Shown here: one piece after another, positions 12,579 to 23,288 of the stretch | Numbering within the stretch: position 1 is the stretch's first letter | Layout: each line of letters starts with the position of its first letter | Source of the DNA: Syntrophorhabdaceae bacterium | GTDB lineage: Bacteria > Desulfobacterota > Syntrophorhabdia > Syntrophorhabdales > Syntrophorhabdaceae | Length of the DNA: 64,000 nucleotides | Direction of reading: 5' to 3' | NCBI GenBank assembly: GCA_963666485.2 | Contig: CAXXUO010000009.1 | Span: 320,001-384,000 of the forward strand | Translations under genes and position numbers: made by a program | Notes under the pieces: model-generated | What the model was told of the DNA's origin: nothing | The model's input: the letters and a program-made list of their open reading frames with translations, nothing else | Databases searched by the model: none

Positions 12579-13466
12579 TTACCTTCTTGGATGGGATTTG
12601 TCGTATATCTCCATGAGTTTGTCCATGGAGACGTGGGTATACCGTTGGGTTGTGGATAGCTTGGAATGGCCCAGCAATTCCTGAATGCCCCGAAGGTCTG
12701 CGCCGTTGTCCAGCATGTGGGTGGCAAAAGAATGTCTGATCCCGTGCAGGGCAAGGTTTTTGAAGAGCTGTGCCTTTATCTGATGTTTTTTCATAATGCC
12801 GAGGAGGCCCCGGTATGTAAGCCTCTCTCCACGAAAATTAATGAAAAGCGCCTTGTTCGCATTAAATTTTTCGTTCTTGCCGGCGAGCGCCAGGTACGCC
12901 TCGAGCGCCTCTTTCGCCTTCTCGCCGAAAGGAACGATCCTTTCTTTCCCGCCCTTGCCCATGACCCGGGCCCACATGCCATCGAGATGAACGTCTTCCC
13001 GGTCGAGCGAAAGGACCTCGGCCGCCCGCATCCCCGAGGAATACATCAGTTCAAAGATCGCGAGGTTCCTGACGTTGAGCCATCCATCCTTCGGCAGGAA
13101 ATCGAGGAAATGGAACATCTCGTCGATGGTATAGAATTTGGGCAGGTGCTTCTCTATCCTGGGGCTCCTGATAATAAGGGCCGTATTTTCATCGATGTAG
13201 CCCTTTTTCTTCATGAATCTGAAAAAAACCTTGATTGCGGACACCTTCCGTGCCAAGGACGATTTTTTCAGGTCCTTGTACACTTCGACAATATAGGCAC
13301 GTATCGTGTTATGGTCGACAACCTCCGTCTTGCTTTCCTCGATAAACCTGACGAAGTCCTCGATATCGCTGCGATACGCGCGCATCGTATTGTGGGCAGC
13401 GCCTTTCTCGTTGTCGAGATACTTGTAGAACTCCTTCGCGACAACCTTCACGGTCTGCTTATCCAT
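12579..13466 (-). CDS. xerC: Tyrosine recombinase XerC
   Basis: R-H-R-H-Y catalytic set ([23 protein letters not shown]); xerC-hslV-hslU synteny. Confidence 0.88.
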   Translation of the reverse strand: MDKQTVKVVAKEFYKYLDNEKGAAHNTMRAYRSDIEDFVRFIEESKTEVVDHNTIRAYIVEVYKDLKKSSLARKVSAIKVFFRFMKKKGYIDENTALIIRSPRIEKHLPKFYTIDEMFHFLDFLPKDGWLNVRNLAIFELMYSSGMRAAEVLSLDREDVHLDGMWARVMGKGGKERIVPFGEKAKEALEAYLALAGKNEKFNANKALFINFRGERLTYRGLLGIMKKHQIKAQLFKNLALHGIRHSFATHMLDNGADLRGIQELLGHSKLSTTQRYTHVSMDKLMEIYDKSHPRR

Positions 13467-13559
13467 AGACCCTTATTGTATAATTTTCGGGGAAATAATC
13501 AAGGAAATTCCCCTGTTGTCATCATTCAGGCGCGCCGCGGCGGGAAGCATAGCGAATGC

Positions 13560-13608
13560 TCGACACTATTGTCGACGGGCTGCACGGGCCCTTCGACAAT
13601 TCTTGCCC
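13560..13608. promoter_or_regulatory. Candidate enhancer (UAS) for a sigma54 activator
   Basis: Perfect palindrome TCGACA-CTAT-TGTCGA at 13560-13575 and a second TCGACA half-site 33 bp later; about 100-150 bp upstream of a -24/-12 promoter. Confidence 0.5.
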
Positions 13609-13684
13609 AGCACCCCTATTTAATGCTGGCCATTTATTTCTCTAAGCCCAAGATATTACAAAATTTTGGAAAAATGATCGATTT

Positions 13685-13700
13685 TGGCACGTTTGTTGCT
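13685..13700 (+). promoter_or_regulatory. Sigma54 (-24/-12) promoter
   Basis: TGGCAC-GTTTG-TTGCT, exact match to the TGGCAC-N5-TTGCW consensus. Confidence 0.75.
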
Positions 13701-13710
13701 TGATATACAG

Positions 13711-13809
13711 AGGTGTCCGATATATAAACATATGCATATCCGAGGCTATTCATGCCTCACGAGGGTTCTGGGGTTACCCCTTCCTCCCCTGAACCCTCCC
13801 CCTTTTTTT
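13711..13809 (+). ncRNA. Putative sigma54-dependent small RNA (about 100 nt)
   Basis: Lies between the sigma54 promoter and a hairpin GAGGGTTC...GAACCCTC followed by T7; no credible ORF. Confidence 0.55.
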
Positions 13810-13842
13810 CAACCATAATAGTGGCTAAACGTACCCCATCTT

Positions 13843-13967
13843 CGTCATCCCGCCGAAGGCCGGGATCCAGGGTTTCAATTTTTTGTTTTTATTCTGCCTA
13901 CCTGTTGCGCAAATTCGGAATCATTCAAAAACAAAGACACTGGATCCCGGCCTTCGCCGGGATGACG
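13843..13967. repeat. Inverted REP doublet (CGTC-type)
   Basis: CGTCATCCCGCCGAAGGCCGGGATCCAG and CTGGATCCCGGCCTTCGCCGGGATGACG arms. Confidence 0.75.
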
Positions 13968-14050
13968 GTGGGGCGTTAAAGATGACGGCGGGGGGAAGTC
14001 GTTTAGTTTTTTAAAGTGTTCGGGAAGATCTTAACCTTTGCACCTTTACA

Positions 14051-14214
14051 GTTCGCCTTTCGCCTTTCACTGTTCGCCTTTCGCCTTTCACTGTTCGCCG
14101 TTAGCCGTTAGCCGTTCGCCGTTAGCCGTTCGCCGTTAGCCGTTAGCCGTTAGCCGTTAGCCTTTCGCCTTTCGCCTTTAGCCTTTAGCCTTTAGCCGTT
14201 AGCCGTTAGCCGTT
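14051..14214. repeat. Heptanucleotide tandem repeat (TTAGCCG / TTCGCCT variants), more than 20 units
   Basis: Directly visible 7-bp periodicity. Confidence 0.9.
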
Positions 14215-14227
14215 CTTTTTTTACGTT

Positions 14228-15553
14228 TTACTTCTTTTTCAATACCAACCGTATCGGTGCGCCCATGAAGCCGAAGTGCTCACGGAGGCTGTTTTCCAGG
14301 TATTTGCGGTAATGGTCGGGGACGAGGCGGGGATGGTTCGAGAAAAGGACAAAGGTCGGCGGCTGCGCCTTCGCCTGGCTTGCATAGAATATCTTAACCT
14401 GCTTGCCCTTCTGGTACGAGATGCCGTGGCGGGCAATGAATTCGGTGAAGGCATTGTTGAGCTGGGCCGTCGGGATGCGCGTTGCGAGCTGTTCGTAGAC
14501 GGCAAGGTTCAGTTTCAGGATATCGTCTATGCCCATCCCGTATTTTGCCGATGCAAAGACCACGGGGGCAAACGATGCATGAGGTATCCGCTCATAGACC
14601 ATGTCCCTGTATTTTTCACGGGTGAACTGCGTCTCCACGAGGTCCCATTTATTGATAACGATGCAGAGCCCTTTCCCGCGGGAGATTATGAGATGTGCGA
14701 TACTGCCTTCCTGGTGGCCGGGCCCCTCGGCCGCATCGATGATGAGGTTGACGACATCGGCGCGCTCGATGCTCCGTACGGCGCTCGACACCGAGTATTC
14801 CTCGACCTTCTCATATATTTTCCCCTTCTTCCGAAGGCCGGCCGTATCGATGAGGACCAGTTCTTTCCCGTTGAAAATGATGCCGGAATCCACCGAATCA
14901 CGTGTCGTACCCGGGATATCGCTCACGATCATCCTTTCCGAACCGAGCACGCGGTTGGCGACGGATGATTTTCCCGTGTTCGGCTTTCCGACGAGGGCGA
15001 TCCGTGTTGCCCGGACCTCGTCAGCTTCGCTGCTGCCGTCTTCCTCCTCGTGCTTTATCACGGACGAGATATCTTCGAGCACGTCGCCGATGCCGAGACC
15101 GTGGGCCGCGCTTACAGAGTAGAGTTTGTCCGCCCCGAGTTCGAAGAACTCGGTCAGCGCGTCTTCCCGCTTTTTCGAGTCGACCTTGTTGATGACATAA
15201 AAGACCGGCTTGTGCACTTTCCTCAACATCCGGGCGATGTCCCGGTCAGCCGGCATCAGCCCTTCCTTGCCGTCGAGAAGGAATATCACGGCATCCGATT
15301 CTTCGAGCGAGGCCTCTATCTGCTTCATGATCAATTTTGAAAAGCCGTCCTCCTCGGATGAGGAGAAACCGCCCGTATCGACGAGGAGGTAATTGCGCCC
15401 GTACAGTTCAAACGTGCCATAGTTCCGGTCGCGCGTGACGCCGGGGGTATCTTCCGTTATTGCCTTGCGATACCCTATCACCCGGTTGAAAAATGTGGAC
15501 TTGCCGACGTTCGGCCTGCCGACTATGCTGATCAGGCGTTCCTTTTTACTCAT
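14228..15553 (-). CDS. der: Ribosome biogenesis GTPase Der (EngA)
   Basis: Two G domains (GRPNVGKS, GKPNTGKS) and C-terminal KH-like domain. Confidence 0.96.
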   Translation of the reverse strand: MSKKERLISIVGRPNVGKSTFFNRVIGYRKAITEDTPGVTRDRNYGTFELYGRNYLLVDTGGFSSSEEDGFSKLIMKQIEASLEESDAVIFLLDGKEGLMPADRDIARMLRKVHKPVFYVINKVDSKKREDALTEFFELGADKLYSVSAAHGLGIGDVLEDISSVIKHEEEDGSSEADEVRATRIALVGKPNTGKSSVANRVLGSERMIVSDIPGTTRDSVDSGIIFNGKELVLIDTAGLRKKGKIYEKVEEYSVSSAVRSIERADVVNLIIDAAEGPGHQEGSIAHLIISRGKGLCIVINKWDLVETQFTREKYRDMVYERIPHASFAPVVFASAKYGMGIDDILKLNLAVYEQLATRIPTAQLNNAFTEFIARHGISYQKGKQVKIFYASQAKAQPPTFVLFSNHPRLVPDHYRKYLENSLREHFGFMGAPIRLVLKKK

Positions 15554-16709
15554 GGTACCTCAACAGGAGACTTAACAAAAACCCTGCGCAGGGCAGGACC
15601 GATATCGAATACAGCGCCGCCGGCACACCGAAATGGTCTGCGACGAAACCAAGGATGGTGACCCCTATGCCGCCGGTGCCGATGGCAAATCCTACCATGA
15701 GACCGGACGCGATGCCAAGTTTACTTGGAAGAAGCCGCTGCGCCATCACGATCGTCACCGAAAATGTCGATACGAGGATCATCCCCTGCAGGCCAAGTGC
15801 GACAAAGAGAAGCGCGCCCGTCTGCACCGCCGGGATGAATATCACGGGAAGGGTAATTGTCGACAGGAGCATCGAAACCCTGACAAACAACCGGTGGCCG
15901 AACCGGTCCGCAATGGGGGCGCCGACCAGAGTGCCTATGGCGCCGCAGAAGAGGAACGTAAAGACGAGTTTGCCGGCATACAGGGGGCTTCCCTTGAGGT
16001 AATCGATGTAATAAAAGGGTATGTAGGTAACGAGGCCGATCTGGGCCCACGAACGCATGACGACGATGAGTATCACCATGCCGAGCGAAACCCAGGCCGT
16101 GACGGGGACCTTCGCGGCTTCGCTTTTCAGCTTCTTCTCGTGGTCCTCGACCGGCATCATGATCGCCCTTCTGTTCGCCACGATAACCGCCGTACACAGA
16201 AGGGCCGGGGCGACAATGACGGGAAGGGCGGAAAAACCGTAATAATTCACGATGTACATGGCAAGGATGGGGCCTAATGAAAAGCCGACATTCCCGCCCA
16301 CCGAGAAGAACGACATCCCCGTTGCAGCCTTCTCGCCTGTAAAGAAATGGGCAGTCTTATAGCCCTCGGGGTGGTACGAGGCCACACCGAGACCGCTCAA
16401 GACAACAAGGCCGAGTATGAGCAGGAACCAGGGCGAATATGCAAGCAGCGCAAAACCTGTCCCTGCGGCCAGAAGCCCGAGCGGAAGAAGATAGGGCATC
16501 GTCTTCCTGTCGGAAACATACCCGAAGACGGGCTGAAGGATGGACGACGTAAAATTGGACGCCATCAATATGAGTCCCGTCATGGCGTAACTCAGTCCGA
16601 AGCGGTCCTTGAGGAACGGCAATATCGCGGGGAGCGCGCCCTGGTATATGTCCACGACAAGGTGCCCCAGTGACAAAATGAGAAGGACCCTGAGGTTAAA
16701 ACGTTTCAT
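15546..16709 (-). CDS. MFS transporter (Fsr fosmidomycin-resistance-like)
   Basis: About 12 TM helices; GHLVVDIYQG, QPVFGYVSDR and YHPEG motifs; start ATG 16709. Confidence 0.85.
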   Translation of the reverse strand: MKRFNLRVLLILSLGHLVVDIYQGALPAILPFLKDRFGLSYAMTGLILMASNFTSSILQPVFGYVSDRKTMPYLLPLGLLAAGTGFALLAYSPWFLLILGLVVLSGLGVASYHPEGYKTAHFFTGEKAATGMSFFSVGGNVGFSLGPILAMYIVNYYGFSALPVIVAPALLCTAVIVANRRAIMMPVEDHEKKLKSEAAKVPVTAWVSLGMVILIVVMRSWAQIGLVTYIPFYYIDYLKGSPLYAGKLVFTFLFCGAIGTLVGAPIADRFGHRLFVRVSMLLSTITLPVIFIPAVQTGALLFVALGLQGMILVSTFSVTIVMAQRLLPSKLGIASGLMVGFAIGTGGIGVTILGFVADHFGVPAALYSISVLPCAGFLLSLLLRYHE

Positions 16710-17241
16710 TTTCAATGATGTCCCTGAAATGCATGAGGACCCGGCACGTGGCGCCCCAGATCCTGTCACCATTGAAATGAAATGATGTCCATCCTTCGCC
16801 CCTCATTGCCGGGGAGAACTGGCTGTCTTTCAGGTGGCTCAACGGAAGAAAAATGAGGTATGCGACCTCGTGGGGGTTTGTGACGAACTTGTACGGGGCA
16901 TGGATGATCCCGACGTAGGGTGTTATGACGAAACCGGTGTAGGTCCAGGAATCATCGAGGCTGCCGATGATCTCGACACGGCCCGGGTCGACCCCTATCT
17001 CTTCGTGGGACTCGCGAAGCGCGGTATATTCTAAATCCCGGTCTTCCGGCTCGAACATGCCGCCCGGAAAAGACACCTCGTTCTTGTGATGCCGGACCAT
17101 CTCGGTCCGCTTCGTGAGCACGGTGTACACTTCGCCGTCCCTTTCGATCAGGAGAAGGGCCACGGCCGCCCGGATGTCTTCGCTGGAAGGTATCCGGCGC
17201 GGCTTATGATCTATGATGCACTGTCTGATAGCGTGAAGCAT
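16696..17241 (-). CDS. Nudix hydrolase, CoA pyrophosphatase type
   Basis: LTKR...H..EVSFPGG, Nudix box ALRESHEEIG and IWGAT motif. Confidence 0.88.
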   Translation of the reverse strand: MLHAIRQCIIDHKPRRIPSSEDIRAAVALLLIERDGEVYTVLTKRTEMVRHHKNEVSFPGGMFEPEDRDLEYTALRESHEEIGVDPGRVEIIGSLDDSWTYTGFVITPYVGIIHAPYKFVTNPHEVAYLIFLPLSHLKDSQFSPAMRGEGWTSFHFNGDRIWGATCRVLMHFRDIIENETF

Positions 17242-17397
17242 TGGGTATTGTACCGTGAAGAAGATACCAAATCAAGATTGTCAGGCTTTGATATACATTC
17301 ATCAAAAAATATTTTACTCGCTGAATATTTCGTGTAAAATGATAGGGATAAGAGGCATCGATCACGGTAAAAGCGCTCTCTTCGGAGGAATCAGGCA

Positions 17398-17739
17398 ATG
17401 AAGAAAAAGGAAGGAACCCAGGACCTTCGACCGAAGCTGGTTACAAATATCATCAAGAATGTCTCATTGCTTCTCAAACAAAACGGGCATGAACCCGATA
17501 AGGACGTGATCGAGGGCGTGGCCAACCAGGCCATCGACGAGTTTGTCGAACAGTGGTACGAGGTCTCGCTCGAAGCGATGGAATTAAAGGACGGCGAGGC
17601 CGATTTTGTAACCGATGAAGAAATAGATGATCCCGAACTGGTGGAAGAGGCCAAGCTCAGGATCATCAAGGAATTATACGAGGAACCGCCCGAAGATTTT
17701 TACCAGGACATCGCCGGGAGCATCATGGACTCTCAGTGA
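17398..17739 (+). CDS. Hypothetical acidic protein
   Basis: 113 aa, SD GGAGG upstream, very Asp/Glu-rich; no recognised motif. Confidence 0.6.
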   Translation: MKKKEGTQDLRPKLVTNIIKNVSLLLKQNGHEPDKDVIEGVANQAIDEFVEQWYEVSLEAMELKDGEADFVTDEEIDDPELVEEAKLRIIKELYEEPPEDFYQDIAGSIMDSQ

Positions 17740-20177
17740 TCCTCATCCTCATCCTTTTTCCTTGAAAGCATAGTGCGATCTTCGCGATCCTCGTCTTTCT
17801 TCCTTTCCATCGCCTCGGATATCTCCGTCAGGCGTTTCTCAACGAGATAATTGATCGTGCCTTCCGGGTATGTCCCGTCCGCCTCCGGCTCCCCGGCCTT
17901 CATACCGGTCAGGATCTCGAGGCCCTCCTCCATTTTATCGATCGTGTATATGGTGAACATCCCCTTTTCCACCGCTTCGCGCACATCTTCGCTCAGGACA
18001 AGGTTCCGCGCATTGCGCTTCGGGACGATCACACCGTTCGAACCGTCGAGCCCGCGCATCCGGCACAGGTGGAAGAACCCCTCTATTTTCTGGTTGACCC
18101 CGCCGATCGGCTGCACATCACCGTTCTGGTCCATCGAACCCGTAACGGCAAAACTCTGCTTAAGCGGCACCCCGCTTATACTGCTCAACAGCGCGTATAA
18201 TTCGGCGCATGTCGCGCTGTCGCCCTCCACCATTTCATATAGCTGTTCGAACGTGATCGACGCGGAAAGGCTGATCGGCTTTCGCACAGCATATTTTCCC
18301 CCGAGATAGCTCGTTATGATCAGGATCGCCTTTTCATGGATCTTCCCGCTCATCTTCGTTTCGCGCTCCAGGTTGACGACACCGGCCCGGCCCATAAAGG
18401 TCTTCGCGGTTATCCTCGAAGGTTTCCCGAAGGAGTAATCCCCGATATCGAGGACGGCAAGACCATTTATCTGCCCAACTCTTTCGCCCCGGGTCGCAAC
18501 GATGATCGTGTCATCGAGTGTCATCTCGCGAAGCCTCTCTTCGATGCGGTTGACCCGCTCGATCTTTTCCCTGACCGCCTGCGTGACATGTTCCCCTTTA
18601 ACGGTGTCATTCCCGCCCTTTTTTGCCCAGTAATGGGCCTCGCGGATAAGGTCGGCGATATCGCTGAACCTCGTCGAGAGCTTGTCCTGGTCATCGGCCA
18701 GGCGCGAACCCATCTCGACGATCCGCGCAACGGCCGCATTGTCGAACGGCAGGAGGTTCTCGTCCCTCTGGCACTGGGCGACATACATCGCATATTTATC
18801 CACATTCTCCTGGTTCCGGTCCATCCGGCTGTCAAAATCGGCCTTTACCTTGAACAATTCGCGGGAGTCTTCATCATAGGCGTGAAGGACATAGTAAAGA
18901 TACGGGTTCCCGACGAGGATCACCTTCGCGTTAAGGGGTATCGCCTCCGGTTTTAACCCGGCTGTGCTGATAAGCCGGTATTGTTCGAGGACGTCTTCGA
19001 CGCGGATCTCCCGGTTCTTCAGGGCCCGCTTCAAGGCCTCGTACGAGAACGGGTTCTTGAGCAGCTCCAGCGCGTCGACGACAAGATAGCCGCCATTCGC
19101 CTTGTGGAGCGACCCGGCCTTTATCATCGTGAAGTCCGTAGACGCCATGCCGTACTGCACCTTGTATTCCATGCGCCCGAAGAGATTGAGGTACGTCGGG
19201 TTGCTTTCGTAAACGACCGGGGCCCCTTTCGAGTCCCCGTTGTCGACGATGACGTTGACCGCGTACCGCGCAAGGTTATTCTCCGGTTTCGGCATTTTCA
19301 TGAAGGGTATCGGGGGCGGCGCCTCTTCGATCGTCTTGAAATCGTCGAGATGGCTCAGCATGTCCTCTTTGACATCATCGAGATACTTCACGACCTTTTC
19401 CTGGTCGCTGTATTTCTTCTTGATGGCATCGATCATCGGGCCGACGAGGTCCATTGCGACCATCCTGTCGAGCCGTGTGACCATTTCCCGTACGATCTTT
19501 TCCGCTTCCCTCAGGATGCGGACAACATCGTTCAGTTTTTCCTGGAAAAGCCTGCCGGTGTCCTCGACCTTCTTCTTCGCCTTGGGGTCGAGCGCCTCGA
19601 ATTCCTCTTTCGACATCATTTCGCCATCTTCTTTGATAGGTACGATAAGCACACCCGTGGCCGTCCGCCTGACAGTAAAACCCCTCTCCTTTGCCTCGGT
19701 ATCGAGGCGCGTTAAGTATTCCGTCTGCTTTTGCTGGAACTCGTCGACTATCTTGCTCTTTTGCGTCTCGTATTCTTTCGATTCGAAGGCCTTCGGTATC
19801 TCGATCTTGAGTATCTTGATCATCTCATCGATCTCTTTCTGGAATTCGATCCCCTGGCCCGGCCCGAATGAAAGGGCCATCGAACTGTCAGCGTCCTTAA
19901 AATTATACACATAGCACCAGTCGGCAGGCGCCTGTTCGTCAGCCGCTTTTTTCTTCAACATGTACATGACGGTTGACATCTTCCCAGTGCCGCTTTCACC
20001 GATGGCAAATATATTGAAGCCCTGGCTATCCATCCCGAGGCCGAAATCGAGCGATCTTAATGCCTTGTCCTGCCCGATCGTCAAGGGCAGCTCGGCGATC
20101 GTGCCGGTCCCCTCAAAGGTAAATGACGCAGGATCACACCTTCGGTACAATTGATCAGGATCTAACTTGGTTATCAC
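17733..20177 (-). CDS. Lon-like AAA protease (LonC type)
   Basis: Walker A-like GESGTGK; C-terminal S16 domain EGDSAT...IGGVNQK with Ser-Lys dyad. Confidence 0.88.
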   Translation of the reverse strand: MITKLDPDQLYRRCDPASFTFEGTGTIAELPLTIGQDKALRSLDFGLGMDSQGFNIFAIGESGTGKMSTVMYMLKKKAADEQAPADWCYVYNFKDADSSMALSFGPGQGIEFQKEIDEMIKILKIEIPKAFESKEYETQKSKIVDEFQQKQTEYLTRLDTEAKERGFTVRRTATGVLIVPIKEDGEMMSKEEFEALDPKAKKKVEDTGRLFQEKLNDVVRILREAEKIVREMVTRLDRMVAMDLVGPMIDAIKKKYSDQEKVVKYLDDVKEDMLSHLDDFKTIEEAPPPIPFMKMPKPENNLARYAVNVIVDNGDSKGAPVVYESNPTYLNLFGRMEYKVQYGMASTDFTMIKAGSLHKANGGYLVVDALELLKNPFSYEALKRALKNREIRVEDVLEQYRLISTAGLKPEAIPLNAKVILVGNPYLYYVLHAYDEDSRELFKVKADFDSRMDRNQENVDKYAMYVAQCQRDENLLPFDNAAVARIVEMGSRLADDQDKLSTRFSDIADLIREAHYWAKKGGNDTVKGEHVTQAVREKIERVNRIEERLREMTLDDTIIVATRGERVGQINGLAVLDIGDYSFGKPSRITAKTFMGRAGVVNLERETKMSGKIHEKAILIITSYLGGKYAVRKPISLSASITFEQLYEMVEGDSATCAELYALLSSISGVPLKQSFAVTGSMDQNGDVQPIGGVNQKIEGFFHLCRMRGLDGSNGVIVPKRNARNLVLSEDVREAVEKGMFTIYTIDKMEEGLEILTGMKAGEPEADGTYPEGTINYLVEKRLTEISEAMERKKDEDREDRTMLSRKKDEDEDH

Positions 20178-20293
20178 GGCCTGCCCCCCTTGTTTTCATA
20201 GGTACAATCCACTACTTAAAAAATAACACGTCACGGGCAAAAAACAAGTTTCAGGTTTGGTGTTTGAGGTCCCCGGCGGGAAAAACCCTTGTT

Positions 20294-21049
20294 TTACCGC
20301 ATCCAGCTGCCGCCGGTCACACACAGGGTCTGCCCGGTCATATACTCGCCTTCATCCGAGGCAAGGAAGAGGGCGGCATTCGCCACATCCTCAGGCGTGC
20401 CTTTGCGCGGGTAAGGGATCTCTTCGAACATGCGCTCTATCTCGTCCTCGGGATAAATGTGCGGGATAAACTCGTTGAAGATAAAGCTGGGAGCTATCGT
20501 ATTGGCGGTAACGCGATAGGGGGCGACCTCCATTGCGAGGCACCGGGTAAATGCCATAACACCGGCCTTTGCCGCGGCGTAATGGGCATGGCCGGCGGAC
20601 AGCCCGCGGAAGCCCGCGACCGATGTCACGCTTATTATCCTGCCGAAGTTCTGCCGCATCATGGCGGGGATCACCGCGCGGCAGCAGTAGAAGGCCCCGG
20701 TGAGCGTCGTGGCGATGACAAGGTCCCAGACGTCATCCGTTATGTCGACAACGCGCGAAGGTCTGTTGGTGCCCGCGTTGTTGAACAGGATATCGACCCG
20801 GCCGAAAGCATCGAGCGTCGCGGCAACCACGCGGTCCACATCTGACCTGTCCGTCACGTCGCATTTGAGGCCGAGCGTCCTCGCATTATATTCACGGGCG
20901 ATATCTTCTGCCACGGTCTTCGCCCGTTCCTCGTGCATGTCGGTCACAACGACGGACGCACCCTCCCGCGCCATTGTCCGTGCCGTTGCCTGCCCTATCC
21001 CCGCCCCGGCGGCGGCCGTCACAAGGGCGATCTTATCTTTCAGTCTCAT
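20294..21049 (-). CDS. SDR family oxidoreductase
   Basis: TAAAGAGIG, NNAG and YAAAK motifs. Confidence 0.92.
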   Translation of the reverse strand: MRLKDKIALVTAAAGAGIGQATARTMAREGASVVVTDMHEERAKTVAEDIAREYNARTLGLKCDVTDRSDVDRVVAATLDAFGRVDILFNNAGTNRPSRVVDITDDVWDLVIATTLTGAFYCCRAVIPAMMRQNFGRIISVTSVAGFRGLSAGHAHYAAAKAGVMAFTRCLAMEVAPYRVTANTIAPSFIFNEFIPHIYPEDEIERMFEEIPYPRKGTPEDVANAALFLASDEGEYMTGQTLCVTGGSWMR

Positions 21050-21191
21050 GGTGTGCTCTCCTTCGACTAATGATACAAAATCGCGGCGCGGATGCTCAAG
21101 GAGAAAAATGCCCGCAAATGCCCGCTTCTCATGTATATCGCTTATGTGGTATAAAGGGATTTACAGCGTGAAATGAGAGCCGGAGACACCC

Positions 21192-23288
21192 GTGGCGGAA
21201 AAAAAACATCGTCTGCGCAATATTGCATTCCTGTCTGCAGTATCCATCGCGTTAGCCGCCGCTATTTTCCTTTTTGACCTCCTCGCGGCCTATGAGAACA
21301 AATCCTTCGATCTCTTCTCCAGGGTCCTCAACCCGGAGAAAGCGTCTGATCGCATCGTCATTGTCGAGATCGACCAGCAATCCATCGACGCGCTGAGCGC
21401 CGAGAACATAACCTGGCCCTGGCCCCGGCAGGTCTATGCGCCGATCATAGAGTTCGTTTCGCGCGCGGATGCGCTTTTCATCGACATACTGTACACCGAA
21501 CCGTCATCGTACGGCGAAGACGATGACAGGATACTCGGCGAGGCGATATCGCGGACGGCAAATGTCTATCTGCCCTTTTTCCTGTCGAAGAACGACAAGC
21601 CTTTATCGCCCGAAGACGCAGCGTATCTCAAGCGTTTCGCTATGCCGCCGGATGGCCCTGCGAGTGCGGTCTACCGGTCCGCTGTGACCCCCATAAGCCG
21701 GATACGGGCGGGTGTTAAGGGGTCGGGGAATGTCGCGATCTCACCGGATGGCGACGGGGTGTACCGGAGGGTCCCGGTGGCCTTCAAACTCGGGGACATG
21801 ACCCTCCCCAGCCTCGTTTTCTCTTCGTTTTTTAATACGGGTGCCTGCAAAGTGAAAGCCGGGAGTTGGGTGCTCGGTCAGAGCCCCCTGCCGCTTGTCG
21901 AGGGAAAACTGCTGTTGCGGTTCCCCCGCGGCAAGAACGCATACCGGGCCATACCGGCGATCGATATACTCGAGGCCTACCGCACGGGAAAGAAAACGGG
22001 CATCACGCCCGATCTTTTCAAGGGAAAGGCCGTGTTTCTCGGGATGACCGCCCCGGGGCTTCTCGATCTCAAGGCGACACCGACCATGTCCGTATCGACA
22101 GGCGTACACGTCAACGCCACAATGTTCGAGAACCTCGAGTCCGGGACATTCATGCGCCCGGTGCCGGCCCCGGTTGTCCTTGGCCTGATGCTCCTCATAT
22201 GCGTTTTCATTATATCCATAGTCATCAATTACCATTCAATAGGCAAGAACCTCTCGGCGTTTATCGGGACGTCCGTCGTCGTCGCCGGTATCGCGGCTGC
22301 TTTATTTTCGCGCCAGCACTACCTGCCGACAACATACCTCATGGTGACCGTCATCGTGAGCTTTCTGCTCTCTGTCGCCTTCAGTTACGCGGTTGAGGGA
22401 CGGGAGCGGCAATTCATAAAACGGACATTTTCTCAATACATGGACAAGACGATCGTGGACTACGTTCTTCAGAACCCCGAGATCGTCAAGCCCGGAGGCA
22501 AGAAAGCCTACGTTACCGTCCTTTTCGCCGACATAGCGGGGTTCACGACCATTTCTGAGCAGAACACTCCCGAAGATACGGCGCTTATGCTGCACAGGGT
22601 CCTCAACGAGCTCACCGAGGTCGTCATCGAAGAGAAAGGGGTCGTCGACAAGTACATCGGGGATTGCATCATGGCTTTCTGGGGGTCGCCCCTTGCCGTT
22701 CCGGACGATGAGACCAACGCCTGCCGGAGCGCCCTTAAGTTTATCGAGGCAATATACGGGATAAATGCCGTGTTTGCCCTGGAGGGAATTCCCCCGATCG
22801 CGATCCGGGTCGGGCTTCACACGGGCGATGCTATCGCCGGCAACATGGGGAGCGTGCGGCTCTTTGATTTCACCGTCGTCGGGGACACGGTCAACCTCGC
22901 GTCGCGGCTGGAATCGGTCAATAAGGTGTTCGGTACGCACATTATAACAAGCGAGCAGACCCTGGCGGCGACGCGTGACCTTTTCCTCACGCGCAGCCTC
23001 GGACCTATCGAGGTGAAAGGAAAATCCGAACCGGTCATCATCCACGAACTCATGTCTGTCCGCGCAGATGCAGGTCCGACAGACATCAGGAAGGCTTCTC
23101 TCTTCACAGAGGCGTTCGATCTCTACAGGCAGGGAAAATTCACGGAGGCCATCCGCCATTTCGAAGCAGTGTTGTCACAGTTCCCGGATGACGGCCCATC
23201 GCTCTTTTACAAAAAACGGGCAGAAAATCTCCAGGATGTTTTTCCTTTGACAAAAAACTGGGATATTATTAAAATGACCGAAAAATGA
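21192..23288 (+). CDS. CHASE2-domain adenylate/guanylate cyclase with C-terminal TPR
   Basis: WPWPR CHASE2 motif, three TM helices, FADIAGFT, DKYIGD and GDTVNLASRLE. Confidence 0.92.
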   Translation: MAEKKHRLRNIAFLSAVSIALAAAIFLFDLLAAYENKSFDLFSRVLNPEKASDRIVIVEIDQQSIDALSAENITWPWPRQVYAPIIEFVSRADALFIDILYTEPSSYGEDDDRILGEAISRTANVYLPFFLSKNDKPLSPEDAAYLKRFAMPPDGPASAVYRSAVTPISRIRAGVKGSGNVAISPDGDGVYRRVPVAFKLGDMTLPSLVFSSFFNTGACKVKAGSWVLGQSPLPLVEGKLLLRFPRGKNAYRAIPAIDILEAYRTGKKTGITPDLFKGKAVFLGMTAPGLLDLKATPTMSVSTGVHVNATMFENLESGTFMRPVPAPVVLGLMLLICVFIISIVINYHSIGKNLSAFIGTSVVVAGIAAALFSRQHYLPTTYLMVTVIVSFLLSVAFSYAVEGRERQFIKRTFSQYMDKTIVDYVLQNPEIVKPGGKKAYVTVLFADIAGFTTISEQNTPEDTALMLHRVLNELTEVVIEEKGVVDKYIGDCIMAFWGSPLAVPDDETNACRSALKFIEAIYGINAVFALEGIPPIAIRVGLHTGDAIAGNMGSVRLFDFTVVGDTVNLASRLESVNKVFGTHIITSEQTLAATRDLFLTRSLGPIEVKGKSEPVIIHELMSVRADAGPTDIRKASLFTEAFDLYRQGKFTEAIRHFEAVLSQFPDDGPSLFYKKRAENLQDVFPLTKNWDIIKMTEK

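Noticed and set aside
12579..13466. Tyrosine recombinase as the integrase of a mobile island
   Set aside because: Its size and xerC-hslV-hslU synteny indicate housekeeping XerC, and it is 23 kb from the secretion cluster.
13752..13979. 75-aa ORF downstream of the sigma54 promoter
   Set aside because: It runs through the terminator and the REP doublet; WIPAFAGMT is simply translated REP sequence.
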